Below are positions 1 through 13,185 of a stretch of DNA of 64,000 nucleotides, one piece after another. The translations under genes were made by a program, and so were the position numbers. The first letter of the stretch is position 1. Every line of letters starts with the position of its first letter. Below the pieces are notes generated by a model. That model saw only the letters and a list, made by a program, of their open reading frames with translations, was not told the DNA's origin and searched no databases. This DNA comes from Octopus sinensis (lineage: Eukaryota). The stretch spans positions 31,868,001-31,932,000 of the forward strand of contig NC_043002.1 in the NCBI RefSeq assembly GCF_006345805.1. Direction: 5' to 3'.

Positions 1-1163
1 AAAAGAGAATCTAGATTTACTCAGCCAGCATGCCGCCAGATATTTTCCCAAAGAACCATACATATGTTATCCAATGCTCTGCTGTATCTATCTTTCGGTA
101 TTTATCCATTACTAATTAACACTACTATCATCGATCGTGCAAATTATAAAATTCTCAGCGTTGAACATAATCGCTTTCGATTTAAAATGTTTTGTTTCAA
201 AAACACTATTATGAGAATATACGTAATAAAATGTGTACCTAGTGTGACGTGGCCTGTAATGATTTAGAGTGAGTTCTGAAAATAGGAAGTCACATTTTGA
301 TAAGAAACTGATGGTCGGCAACCAATTGAGTAGATATTTGACTAGCTGGCAGAATTTTCAGAGCATTGAATAAAATGCTTAAGCATTTGTACAAATGTGT
401 GTGGATAGACGAATTGTATCTAGAAGCGTAATTGTTTTTAAGAGACTACAATTTAAAACATACGATAACTTCACGAATAAATGAATTTTCGATTGTATAT
501 CAGTTGAAGCGAACATTGCCGTTCTTCACTGATCTTGAAATGAATGAGAGAAATAATTCTTTTAAAATGGTTGAATTTGGGTTTGTGACGCCAGCAGATA
601 TTTTGTTCCGTAACACGGGAGAAATTAATTGTTGCGACGATAGTTCAGAAATAATTCTTATTTATTTTTTGATTATTGTTTGCATAATGTAAAATTATTA
701 TTCAGATATTTTAGTCAAAATATGCTACCCCTTTCTTCGCCATATTGTGAGGTGTTTCGAGTAGCTTTGATCATAGATCTTAAAGTATTCTCCATTTTAT
801 TTACTTCCATCGTGCATGTTGAGTAGTGTATCATTTTCACTGGATTGACGTTTCAAAAGATTATAGTCTACTATGAAATAAGGATGAGACAAAAGGCTTT
901 GGTTTATTTTTCTTGAGCTTTCATCAAACATAATTGGTATAAGAGACTAGATTCTCAGGTTTTTGCCAATTCCATTCATTCTATTTAAGAACTTGGATTC
1001 ATCGGAATCATTTATTCAATTTTGCAATTTTGCTGTCAACATAACCTTGCATTAAGAGCAGTAATAACTTTAATTCAATTCTTGATGCATAATTTTATGG
1101 TTTTGTGGAAATATCTTCCTTTTTTAAGAGGCATTAAAATCAATGACGTTGTGTGTGTATATA

Positions 1164-1210
<47 letters not shown>

Positions 1211-1648
1211 CATACATAAAACATACATACATACATATATGTATATATATATATCTTAAATATATATTGATACATATTCAATTGGTGGATTTTTCTCTTA
1301 TGGAGTTTTTCACGCTGACTACTTGATAATTTCTTATGAAGATTTTATCCTATTTTAAAATTATGTATATATATATATTATAAATGCGAAAACTAATTTC
1401 TGTGTGTCAGTATGTCACACTTAGACCCCTCGCTCACTATTCAATGACACTTCTACTATTCCTCATGATGGGCTGAGACTAATAGTAGGCATACATACGG
1501 TGAGGGTGGTGACGAAGACGGACAGAGGGAGAGAGAGAGAGAGAGAAAGACAAAGAAATTTAGGGAGATTTGATGTTTTATTACACTTATATAATTTATT
1601 TACATTATTTATATTTGACGGAGATTTGTCCTCATCATGTTCGTTGTT

Positions 1649-1694
1649 AATACAACGTTTCGGCTGATATACTCTCCAGCCTTCTTCAGGTGTC
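1649..1694 (-). ncRNA. Minimal type I hammerhead ribozyme motif (HH1)
   Basis: Minus strand reads GACAC-CTGAAGA-A-GGCTG(loop)CAGCC-GAAA-CGTT-GTATT: CUGANGA/GAAA core, 5-bp stem II, palindromic AACGTT stem III, one mismatch in stem I. Confidence 0.7.
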
Positions 1695-1916
1695 TTGTGG
1701 AAATTTGAACCTGGGGTTCTCATTCCTAAGGTATTTTTAATGCTATTGTTGTTATTGTTATTATTATTATTATTATTATCATTATTGTTATTATTATTAT
1801 TATCATTCTTCTTCTTATTATTATTAAAGTCACTGCCTGGAATCGAACTCGGAATCTTGGGTAATAACATAAAAAAATACCTTAGGAATGAGAACCCAGG
1901 TTCGAAATTTCCCCAA

Positions 1917-1962
1917 GACACCTGATGAAGGCTGGAGGGTATATCAGCCGAAATGTTGAGTT
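1917..1962 (+). ncRNA. Degenerate type I hammerhead ribozyme motif (HH1)
   Basis: GACAC-CTGATGA-A-GGCTG..CAGCC-GAAA-TGTT-GAGTT. The core is intact, and stems III and I each carry a substitution relative to the 58366 copy. Confidence 0.6.
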
Positions 1963-2267
1963 AACAACAAACAAGATGTGGACAAATCTCCCTCAAATAT
2001 AAATAATGTAACTAATATACATAATTCTTCATCTCTTAAATATAGAACTGTTTATTACAAGTAGTAATGTTGATGGTAGACGAAGTAATAATATAAAAGA
2101 GAGAAATAGTGAGTACGTGAAAGAAAGAGGGAGATGGTGTACAACTTTGTTTAAGAATGCTATTTGACAGAAATTCCCGTCGCCAACGTTCCGAATACTA
2201 TCATTTTTGCTTTAATTTTTTGCTATCTTTAATACACATCGACATACATAAACACACACGCATACAC

Positions 2268-2314
<47 letters not shown>

Positions 2315-2356
2315 ATATATATATATATATATAATATATATATATATATTTTATAT

Positions 2357-2627
2357 ATAGGGCATTATACATACATGCCAGAAGGCATTATACATACATG
2401 CCAAACGCTAAGAGGGACAATTAGTCATTTCTACCAATTGTCCCTCTTAGCGTTGGCATGTATGTATAATGCCTTCTGGCATGTATGTATAATGCCCTCT
2501 ATATATAAATTAATATGTTCAATAAGAAATAATTATTTTCGAAATTTTTTCTCTTATGAGGTTTTTCACGCTATCTACCTGACAATTTCTTGTTAAGTTT
2601 TCCTTATTAAGTAGTTGTCCTTATTGC

Positions 2628-2630
<3 letters not shown>
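2357..2630. mobile_element. Foldback-ended interspersed repeat embedded in (TA)n
   Basis: Arms of about 65 bp (2357-2422 / 2436-2502) followed by a unique tail. The same family occurs inverted at 32603-32963 and as a fragment at about 1290-1350. Confidence 0.7.
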
Positions 2631-2726
<96 letters not shown>

Positions 2727-2834
2727 GAAATACACTTTTGTTGAAGTAAAGTTTCCTCAAAATTAAATATATCTAGTATAATAAATGTGAATGTCACTGT
2801 GTCACTCTTTTTCAACTTTAATAAATCCATTCTA

Positions 2835-3033
2835 GTAAAAGCACAGGGCCTCAAAATTTTGGAGAAGGGATTCAGTCGATTACGGCGACACTAGTACATT
2901 ACTGGTACTAATTTTTTCGACCCCGAAAGGCAAAGTCGACCTCGGCGGAATTCGAACGCAAAACCTAACAGCAGACAAAATACCATTAAGCCTTTCTCGT
3001 GGCTTGTTAACGATTCTTCCAGCTTACTGCCTT
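2835..3033 (-). mobile_element. tRNA-derived SINE family B
   Basis: Reverse complement of the consensus ggcggcgagctggcagaa..gttcaaattccgccgaggtcgactttgcctttcatcctttcggggtcgataaa seen at 42449 and 57241. Confidence 0.85.
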
Positions 3034-3082
3034 TATATAATATAATGATATAAAATAATATAACTCATATAATATAATGGAT

Positions 3083-3339
3083 GGAAGCACTCCGTCGGTT
3101 ACGACGACGAGGGTTCCGGTTGATCCGATCAACGGAACAGCCTGCTCGTGAAATTAACGTGTAAGTGGCTGAGCACTCCACAGACACGTGCGCCCTTAAC
3201 GTAGTTCTCGGGGATATTCAGCGTGACACAGAGAGTGACAAGGCCGACCCTTTGAATACAGGTACAACAGAAACAGGAAGTAAGAGTGAGAGAAAGTTGT
3301 GGTGAAAGAGTACAGCAGGGATCACCACCATCCCTGCCG
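3083..3339 (-). mobile_element. SINE family C, 3' half
   Basis: Matches 41271-41530 (gcactccgtcgg.tacga.gacg..ggttc..gttgatccgatcaacggaacagcctgctcgtg). Confidence 0.85.
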
Positions 3340-3756
3340 ATAATATAATAAATATATAATAAATAATAATATGATAAATGTGAATGTCAGTGTGTCAGTG
3401 TGCCACACTTTTTCAACTTTACTCCTAGACGACGTACCCCAACATATCATTTTGGAATGAGACTAACTCCACGAGTAAATTAAAAAATTTCCGGTCCGTG
3501 TCCGGACCTGCAATCCTGAAGTTTTGGATTCCTCTGTTTCCATTACTATGATTGCTTTCGATGATTTTTTTTTTTACATGAATTTTTTTGCGACGAATAT
3601 AATCATCATTGAGATATGATTCTGGAGGAAGCAATTGCAAAAAATTCTCAAAATTAAGTAAGAGATCTGTTTGCAGATCTTCCCATTGAAGCTATTACAT
3701 AGCTTAAAAGCTATACAATATCTGAAATTCTGCTCGACAGGGCGGCTTTTATGGTA

Positions 3757-3793
<37 letters not shown>

Positions 3794-3842
3794 CATACAT
3801 ACATACATACATACATACATGCATGCATACATACATACATAC

Positions 3843-4045
3843 ATTGTGACTGCTCCCTCATTATCGAGTATGGCCATTGCACGAAGCTTAATCAATGTTG
3901 TTATCGTGCAATGCCTATGCAAGAAGATTTTTTTTAAAGTGAGGAAAGACTGCGCACTGAGTCAATGTCACTCACTAAGCAACAGCAGCCATAATCCGCA
4001 AAGAAGAACAAGTCAACATCATCGGTAACCACTGAGCCGCAGTTT

Positions 4046-4046
<1 letters not shown>
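3843..4046 (-). mobile_element. 3' part of an RTE-related non-autonomous element with a (TATG)n tail
   Basis: Closely matches 51890-52095. Both copies end at the same position before ATGT repeats on the minus strand. Confidence 0.7.
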
Positions 4047-4091
<45 letters not shown>

Positions 4092-4165
4092 TGTATGTAT
4101 GTATGTATGTATGTATGTATGTATGTATGTATATACGTATGTATGTATGTATACATACACGTATA

Positions 4166-4198
<33 letters not shown>

Positions 4199-4426
4199 GT
4201 CTTATCAATTCCTTGAAATTTTCCAATCAAAATGGGCTCTAGTTTATAGAGAGAACCAAAACATATACGTTGAAATTCGTGACTAAAAAGAAGTACACAG
4301 CTACATTATATATATGTATGCATGCTTGCTGTGTAAAATACACTCATTACACATACACATATATACACATACATATGTATACTTAAAAATATAGAAATGT
4401 AAATGTATAAATATGTTTCATATGTA

Positions 4427-5280
4427 TGTGTTCGGATTAATAAGTATTCGGACTGTTGCCATAGTAATGTCGCTAAAGCAGGCAGAGAAAAGCCGCTCAG
4501 CACAATTTTACCTTGATCTCTACTCTGCATGCGCACTACGCTTTAACGTTCAAGCTCATTTCCTTTGTTTACAGCAGTGCTTGGAAAGAAGGTGCGTAGC
4601 GTGTGACCTTGTCATTCACGATGACGGAGAAAGATGAGCAGAGAATCTGCATCAAATTTTGTCAGAGAAAATCGCAAATTTTTCAAAAAGTTTTAATCGT
4701 TGTTGACAAAATCAAGGTCTTGAGCAACTGAACCCCGGCTAAATGCAGTTTTAGCACAAACTTGGCACACACGCGTCTCATACCCAAAACGTCTGTGATA
4801 ATGGACTGCACTGAACCGCAAGTAATCTACACATTCTCTGATGATTCACGGATGGTGATTCAACGATTTCCTCCCACAGCTGCAACGCACATCTGCGATG
4901 ATTTCCTTAGTCTTGCTGGTTGCGGGTCTCTTAAAACGTTCGTCAATATCGACATTTTTTCAGACATTCTGGAAAGGTCTGAACCTCTCGTACACTAGTG
5001 TACAGCTCATATACTCCTCTCTATACACTTTCTGTAAACCTGCGGAGGTCTCTGAAAAAGTATCACCATGAAAACTTTCTCTGTCATGGACAATGCAACG
5101 ATCAGGCGTTACATACGTAACTTCGAAGCTCTGCTATAAACAGCGAAGTGTGCTACAACGTTAACATGTAGTGCACATACACAGCAGAGACCAAGGTCAA
5201 TTCGTGCCAAGCGGCTTTACTCTAGGTGCTTTTGTATTGTTATTACGTTAACACTTCGAATACTCATTGATGAGACTGCG
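4427..5280. mobile_element. Mariner-derived element built from two inverted 5' ends
   Basis: TA-flanked. The left arm encodes MTEKDEQRICIKFCQ on plus, and the right arm carries the same 5' end plus degraded N-terminal transposase on minus. Same layout as 58628-59429. Confidence 0.75.
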
Positions 5281-5834
5281 TATGTATGTACAAGGAGAGA
5301 ATGTGTAAACTTCATGCAGGGATGGTTTCATCCTAATAAATACTGGTTCAATGCCTAATTTTTGGGGGAAATGAATTTCCTTAAAATAATAGGTATATAT
5401 AAAAATATACAGTTTATATTCATTTAAAAGAAAAGAAAATGGAGATTAGGGAATTAATAATTGTTTCTTATTAACAGCAAATCGGTCAGATGCACATTTG
5501 GATGTTATTTCTGTGCTTATGAATTCATTTTAGCAGAAACGGCTGAAGATATCCAATTTTCAGTTAATAATAGACAATTATTAACCCAGTAATCTCCATT
5601 TTCTTGTCTCTATATACGCCAAGGAGAGTAACAAATGGAAATGCTAAAAATAAATACCCAGCTAAAACAGTGTTAATTCCATAACTTGTAACACGCATAA
5701 AACTTAGCCACAACACAAATGGCAAATTGATAAGAAACAAAACCAAAGTCAAATGACCAATAAAAATTACATTTTAGTAGGTAAGTCGCCCTAGATTGAA
5801 ACAAGATGTGTGTGTTTACATAATATACATACAT

Positions 5835-5882
<48 letters not shown>

Positions 5883-6567
5883 GCATGCATTATATATACA
5901 TATATATATATGCATTATATGTACACATACATATATATATATATATGTATATATATATACATTGATATATACATAGAAACATTTGCTCATATACATACAC
6001 ACGTAGATACATATAGCAGTAAAGTTTCCATTTCATATCAGTTTTATTTGGAATAATATTGTGTCAATTTGAAGGCAGTAAAATTGGAATAAGAAGTGAT
6101 CATTCGGAACAAATAAAGCAAGAATAGATTTACGGAATAGCTAGATTTTTGTCATTGTTATTCATCTAATGCGTATGCGTGTCTAGATCAGTTCTTTTGA
6201 ATTTTTACCCTCTTGCGTGATCACAGGAATATAACGTATGCAAGCCGGACCCTGTACGGACTATTGGGTTTTTAAAGCGGTGGTCGCAATATGATAAAAC
6301 TAGTCGCAATATTCCTATAATGAATCCATTTCCAAAAATATCTTTAACGAGAATAGAGTTGGAATACTGTGATTTCAATAAGCAGCACCGCTATAAAAAT
6401 GATGATCTTGAATAAATTCTTTATGTAAGTGCTAAACTTCCTTACTGATATTCCAGCACACATATCGTAGAGGGTTCCGTTAGTTCCTAATATCTAAAAT
6501 GAAGTTCTTGTTGGATGAGTTGGTAAAAGAAAATATGGATAAAGATTACCCATACAAAAATTATCGA

Positions 6568-6725
6568 GGCGCGGGCTTAGCTATGTGGTAAAAATCTTGC
6601 TACTAAACTACATGGTCCGGGTTCAGCATGGCAATTTGTGTAAGTGTCTTCTTCTATAGCCTCGGGCCGACTAAGGCCATGTGTGTGGATTTGGCGGACA
6701 GAAACTGGAAGAAGCCCTTCGTATA
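6568..6725 (+). mobile_element. SINE family A, 5' half
   Basis: Degenerate match to 27161-27325 (gtgtggtaa..catggt.cgggttcag..aagtgtcttct.ctatagcctcgggccgac). Confidence 0.75.
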
Positions 6726-7423
6726 TAATATATATAAGAACTTACGGTGGACAAAGCTGCGTTGCGTTCGATCATAAATAAATAGAAAGTGCACATTAAG
6801 TACAGGTCATCACCAACGATGGAAAAATACGTAAACACACAAGAGACAAGTACAGGACAAAATACCAGAAGGAGATAACTCTATCGTCAATTGTCTACTG
6901 TTTTAGAGCTCCCTATTTCGCGCTTTCAGCGACAAGATAGTAAAACTTTATACGCCAGCAGCCTCCAGAAATTTTTTAAAATACAAAATTTATGGAGAGT
7001 TAGGGCTTCGAACTAACAAACAACAACAGAGTGAACGTACAAAGTACACAATCGACGAAGACAAACATTAAGGGCCGTTCGTCCAAGACGCATTGCAATG
7101 GGTAACGCCAGGGAGAAATTTTTAATAGGATTAGAAGAGAAGAATATAGTAGAAGAGAAAAATGTCGGGAGCCGAGAGAAATGACGTCCAGCCCGATGGG
7201 TGTTTTGTCCAGAAAAGACAAGGGTGAGAGAAATGGCCTGTTATCACGAGTGAGGTACAGGCAGAGGGGAAGGGAGACAAGGGAGATGATGAGAGAAAGA
7301 AACAAAGGGAGTGAGGAGGAGGAGGAAGAAGGAACGTTTCTGTCGCCACCGTTGGTGCCTCCTCTTTTGTCACTATCTCTACCAATGCAACCGTTGCCTC
7401 CATCTCTGCCACTGCAGCTGCTT

Positions 7424-7486
<63 letters not shown>

Positions 7487-8090
7487 TTGCTACTATATTG
7501 TAGTAAGGCGATTAACAACATCAGTGAAGATTACAAAGATTGCGACAAGAATCCAAATAAGAAAGATTTGACTCAGCTGTCATTATTGTTCTTGCAGTTA
7601 TTACTGTTATTGACGTCAACAGTTATAACAATCAGAACAATGTAATGAACAGATCAATTTGAAAAACAATATCATTAAACCCCACCATCACATCCACTAT
7701 TATTCTCAACTACCCTCCACTACATCCAGCACCAACACGTTCACCATCACCATCACCATCACCATTGGCACCACCCTAAAGCACCATTATCAGCATCTTC
7801 ATCCACATCTTCGAGAACATAGTAATGATAACAGTAACAACATTAATCAGTGTAATCACTATCGACATCATCATCACCACCACCACCGCCACCATCACTA
7901 CATCTTCTTCATCATCATCGACATCATCATCATCATCATCATCATCAATATCATTATCATCATCATCGTCATCATCCTCATCGTCATCATCATCAACATC
8001 ATCATTATCAACATCATCACCATCATCGTCATCATCATCATCATCATTGTCGTCAACATTAACATAGTAGTCGTAGCAGTCGTCGACATC
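7424..8090. repeat. (TAC)n and (CAT)n trinucleotide microsatellites with low-complexity sequence
   Basis: Visible directly. Confidence 0.95.
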
Positions 8091-8359
8091 AAACCAACGC
8101 GATCAACAACAAAAGACAGAAATCGGTTTCAGAAATTTAATAAACATTTCCGAATTTCTCAGCACAAAGGAACAGAACGTATCAGGTAAATGTATTAAAC
8201 AGACTGATACCTGGAGCTGTAGATTTAACTAGGGTGACGTTGGTTCATACGGTATCACGTGCGCCCGCACAGACATTGACACACACGTACAATCACAAAG
8301 AAACGCCAGCAAACAGATGCGCCAGGAAGCACATTCATTTCACATACACACAAACATAC

Positions 8360-8740
8360 ATATGTGTGTGTGTATGTGTGTTTGTGTATGTATATATATG
8401 TGTGTGTGTATACATATATTTGTATATGTATATATATATATATATATACATATATTTGTATATGTATATATATATATATACATATATTTGTATATGTATA
8501 TATATATATATATATATACGTGTGTATATATATATAATATATATATATATACATATATTTGTATATGTATATATATATATATACATATATTTGTATATGT
8601 ATATATATATATATATATACGTGTGTATATATAGATATATATATATATACACTTATATATATGCATGTATATCTGTATATATATATACATATGCATACAT
8701 GTACATATACATATGTATTATGTACGTATATATATGTATG
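8360..8740. repeat. (TA)n-derived minisatellite with unit ~atacatatatttgtatatgt(at)n
   Basis: The unit recurs about five times. Confidence 0.85.
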
Positions 8741-9339
8741 CGCAAATACGAGTACATGTAACGTGTGCAACGCAATAAAGTGACGGAGTGACTGGCATAC
8801 AGATACATAGAGATACAAGCACAGGGGGTGTATGGTTTTTGTATTACACACGCACAACATAAACGCAGATATTAGGGTGTGCATGTATGTACGTGTGTGT
8901 CCATGGTGCAATAGCGACAGAGAAAGATGACGACAGAGGTGAAGAGAGAGATAAAGGCAGAGGAGGGAAGACTGCAAGAAAGAGACAGAGTGGGAAAGAG
9001 AAAGATAGCAGAGATGCATACATATAGAGAGATAGACAAACATATAGACAGACAAACATACAGACTGCGGTAGATATACAGATTGTTTGACTGACGGATT
9101 GTGACTAGAACTTCCATCTCGTCAGTTTTTTATGATTTGCAGAAAAAGGTACTTTTGTTAATAATAACTTACAGTAACATATTTCCTCCACAGTGCTCGC
9201 AGAAGTCTGCAGAATATATAAGATCATCATTTTATAAAAGGAAATCGCGAGAAAAACTAAACAATGCATACTGAAAATTAAAATATTGTATGTTCTCCTC
9301 TGTTACCTTTTTTTAAATTTACTTTTCTAACCGACAAAT

Positions 9340-9700
9340 ATTCCCCTATAACTTAGACAACCAGGTCGGATTCTGGTCCTTATTGGCTCAAGCCATGCCT
9401 AACTTAATGATACCACCTTAAGTCGCCTTTAGGTCAGCGTAATGCACTTATATTGGGTGTTATTGCTTGCCGAGATATATCATGGTGACTGTGATACGTC
9501 TGGTACTTCTTGGGGGAATTTGTCTACGAGCTTTTTGAATATTATAGGGTCTTTATTGTCTTTGATTTCTTTCGGAGTAATGTTGAATAAAATAGGAACA
9601 TTTGAGGTATAAAAAATTGTGTTGCCCTGTAGTTATGTAATATCAGCTTCATTCTTATGTGCTGCGGGTAGGAGGAGCTGTGATTCTGAGGATCCAAATA
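9340..9700 (-). mobile_element. Degraded CR1-like LINE 3' end
   Basis: Minus strand gives P.LFNITPKEIK..DPIIFKKLVDKF..EVPD, resembling the CR1 ORF2 C-terminus. Confidence 0.55.
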
Positions 9701-10959
9701 GTGCTAGTATATAATTATATATTTATTTCACGTGTTATATTTTATTACATAGTGTACTTTGCATAAATTCCCTAGAAGACTTCTATGTTAACTGCAATAA
9801 TTCACAACAGCTTTATCAACAATTGAAAGCAATTACTCATACAAGAATATCTTCCTAATGGGAGCCAACTTATAGAAACATTTCACCTATTTACAGTGTC
9901 ACACATCGGGTACGAATTTGAAGTAACAAATTTTGAAAGCCTACACTTCAATGTCAGTCATGTATACAACCAAATTTTATTTCAAATGAAACCTGCACTG
10001 ATATATATCATGTTTTAAACGATGTGTTTTTTTTTTGTAATCAAGAATCATTTATTATAGTTAACATGCATCAGGCAATGTTGATATTTGGAATTCCCAT
10101 TTATGCATAAATTAAGCCTTTCAATCTCTGTCTCTGACCCTCTTTAATTTCTTTGCTATCTCTCTCTCAAACACACACTCTCTCTAACACACATTCTCAC
10201 TCTCTCCTCCTCTCTCTCTCCTCTCTCTCTTTCTCTCTCTGCCTCTCTCTCTCCCTCTCCTTCATATTGAATAATTATCTCATTACTTCCGCTCAACTCT
10301 CACAATAATCTTGTCTGGGTAACTATTTCGGTTTCTCTACTTCACAATAGATTAAAGAAACACTGTATGTAAAACGTGTGTACTACCATAAAGACAGAAC
10401 AGCAATGGGTTACCGAAAAGGAACAACCAAGCAACAACCCTACAATTTATGGTAAATTCTCGAGAAATAAATATTACCTTGCTAAGACTAAAGAGACAGG
10501 AAGAAATGATACTTGTAGTAAGGAAGTAAGAAACAGTATTATGTATTATACCGAAAATAAGTCTCGAAGCTTTTATATCGAAAATCTTAGTTCATTTTGT
10601 CACATAAATAAGAAGACTACAGTTTTATCCAAATTATCTGGCTACTAAAATGCAGTATACAAACGTCAAAGCAATAAAACATCGTAACAGTTCGCAAAGC
10701 AAAGGAATACAATATTTTACCACAAAAAGCAACACACTGAATAATAGCGGCAACATTTTAAAATCACGTGGAAAGGAAAAATATTGTCGTATGAATTTTA
10801 ACGCATTAGAGACCGGTTAACAATATATTACCCCCACCAAGACACAACGGCTAATATTTTAACAAGAGAAGTTAATGAGAAAAATTCAAAATTGAAATGT
10901 GGACGATTAAATTCTGTGTATGCTGTATGGAGTTATTGTTGAAGTATTTGTTAACTGGA

Positions 10960-11275
10960 TAATAGCAGAATTGTTAGCATGCCAAGCAAAATGCTGAACG
11001 ACGTTCTGTCTGCTTTCCATTTTGAATTAAAATTTTGCCGAGGTCGACTTTGCTTCTCTTCATTTTGAGGTCGATAAGCTAAGTACCGGTTGAATACTGG
11101 GTCGATATAATCACCTAGTCCGCCCTGACTTTGCTGCCCTTGCGCCAAAAATTGAAACTGATACTTAAATCAATGAAAAAGGAGGTGAAAAATACTGCAC
11201 GCCGGGCAAAACACTGAGCGGCATTTCATCCGTATTTCTGTTTTGAGTTGAAATTCTACCGAGGTCGACTTTTCT
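10960..11275 (+). mobile_element. SINE family B, degenerate copy plus a partial second unit
   Basis: gcagaattgttagcatgcc..gccgaggtcgactttgc..aggtcgataagctaagtacc; a second ccgaggtcgact at about 11260. Confidence 0.75.
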
Positions 11276-13151
11276 GGGTTTATTGGTTTTCCTAGATATA
11301 TTGAACGGAGGAAGAGATGTTCATATTAGAAACAAGGAATGAACGCTTACAACAGATGGATTCTTCTAAATGGACCCGAAGTGTCAGTTGTGGTACACAG
11401 GGAAAACTATTAAGTGCACTATCATGTAGGTTTTCCTGGAATTTGAACTCGGAACGCAAAGAACCGAAACAAACACCGAAACAAACAAGCGACATTCACT
11501 CAGGTGCTCCGATGATTCTATCAATACATCGAAATCACGCACCGCCGTCTTGAAAACTATACAAAAAGGTAAAAATACATGCGGTTAACCTATACAAAAG
11601 ACAGCATGAAAGAAGCATTTCAGATCTCATAAATGGATCGATTTTAAAACCATGTTCACGGATATTTAATGATTCATATTGCTTTTATTGAAAATATTCA
11701 AATATTCTATATCATAATTTTGGACTGGACAAACAATTACAAGACACTTTTGTGAGATTACCATGCATTTAAGATATAATTACGTAATTATAATACGCTA
11801 CACAACACACCATAAAAACATAGAAAAATTTATTTCATATTTTATAGAATTTCATAGAGATATAAAAGATTGAATTGATTGTGAGAACAATATTAATATC
11901 GCAACGCGTGGTTACAATTAATATACTGAATACAGAGATTGCAACTATAAATCTCATCACGTCAACAAGAAACAGTGTAACAAAGAAGCCAAAATCGACT
12001 TCACACGAAAAAGATGAGGTTGTGAAATTATGTTTGGCCGTCGGTGCAATGAGGACTATCTTGTGATTCATAAGGATGACTGATATTTCGTGCAGTGACT
12101 TTGTTTAAAATCCGAGAAGAGTTGCGCACCACTCACTCGTCTGTGGACATCTTTAATCAAATGGCAAACCAGGTCAAGACGACTGAGTAAGGAACCGGAT
12201 GCAGTGGATGTATTAATTGCCAAGTCTTTTTTATATTGCTCTCATTCTGTCCTTCATTTCCGTTCACTTATCTCAAAACATTTTTGATGAACAACTTGAT
12301 CGATAACGGCACGAAATTGTAATGACTGTTGTTCGGCTACTGAGGAGGGATGACCGTATCCATGTCTTTTGTGTTTGTTTTCCTTATGTTCCTTTATCGT
12401 TTGTCTTTCTGTGCCACCTTTTATTCGCTGTCTCTTTCTTTCTTTCTCTCTTTCTCTCTCTCTTTCTCACTCTCTATACACACACATTCACATATTCGTA
12501 CACGTTGCAATAAATCTTGTACAAAGACACTAGGATATGCTCAAATAAAAAAAGCAGCAACACCTATTCACACACAAGCACACGTAGATTTGCACGCAGT
12601 TCTAATCAGAAACGAATATTGCACAACAATAGCAATATGCATGCATAAAGTCCTTGACATCAACGCACGTTACAAACAGACACCTAACTATACACATTGT
12701 CAAACAATCATACAATGAAAATTGAATAACATGACTTGCAGAATATTTATTGTTTATAAATTAATTCCTTTTAATTAAAGAAATGTTAATATATTTTTAC
12801 TATTGCTTGTGCGAATCTATGTGGGTGTATGTTTTAGTGGCGGTTGCATGCAGAGTTGCATTTGAGTGGAGGGTATGGTGGTGTCTGTGTGTGTGTTTAT
12901 GTGCGTGTGTGTACATGCATTTGCATATGTATATGCATATTATATGGGTAATGGTTAAACATGTATGCATATATTACATGTTTTTATGGAGCCTATCCTA
13001 AATATTTGCATTTGAACTATGATACGTATCTATGTACGCACATTCCCGTGTACAAATGCAGATGTATACACACATACACTACACACGCAAATACATACAC
13101 GCAAACATATAATGTATATGGATATGCGTAAATACATACATACATACATAT

Positions 13152-13185
<34 letters not shown>

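Larger units (their letters stand above)
1586..2050. mobile_element. Head-to-head inverted pair of a hammerhead-bearing non-autonomous retroelement (family HH1)
   Basis: About 1590-1862 (minus) and about 1869-2050 (plus) are inverted copies of the same body (ccttaggaatgagaacccaggttcgaaatttcc..aagacacctga.gaaggctggag). The pair is flanked by the direct repeat TTTATTACA (1577-1585, 2051-2059). A third copy lies at 58199-58470. Confidence 0.8.

Noticed and set aside
6247-6480. Possible MITE with ggaccctgtacg / cgtagagggttcc ends
   Set aside because: The inverted match is short and imperfect, with no convincing TSD.
7000-8189. Poly-S/L/Y/I ORFs
   Set aside because: Trinucleotide repeat artefacts.
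8234-9055. Long YI/CV-repeat ORFs here and throughout the window
   Set aside because: (TA)n and (TG)n microsatellites lack stop codons, so these are not genes.
12140-12165. gacatcttta, matching the complement of the miR-8 3' end
   Set aside because: The match is only 10 nt, with no seed match and no hairpin.
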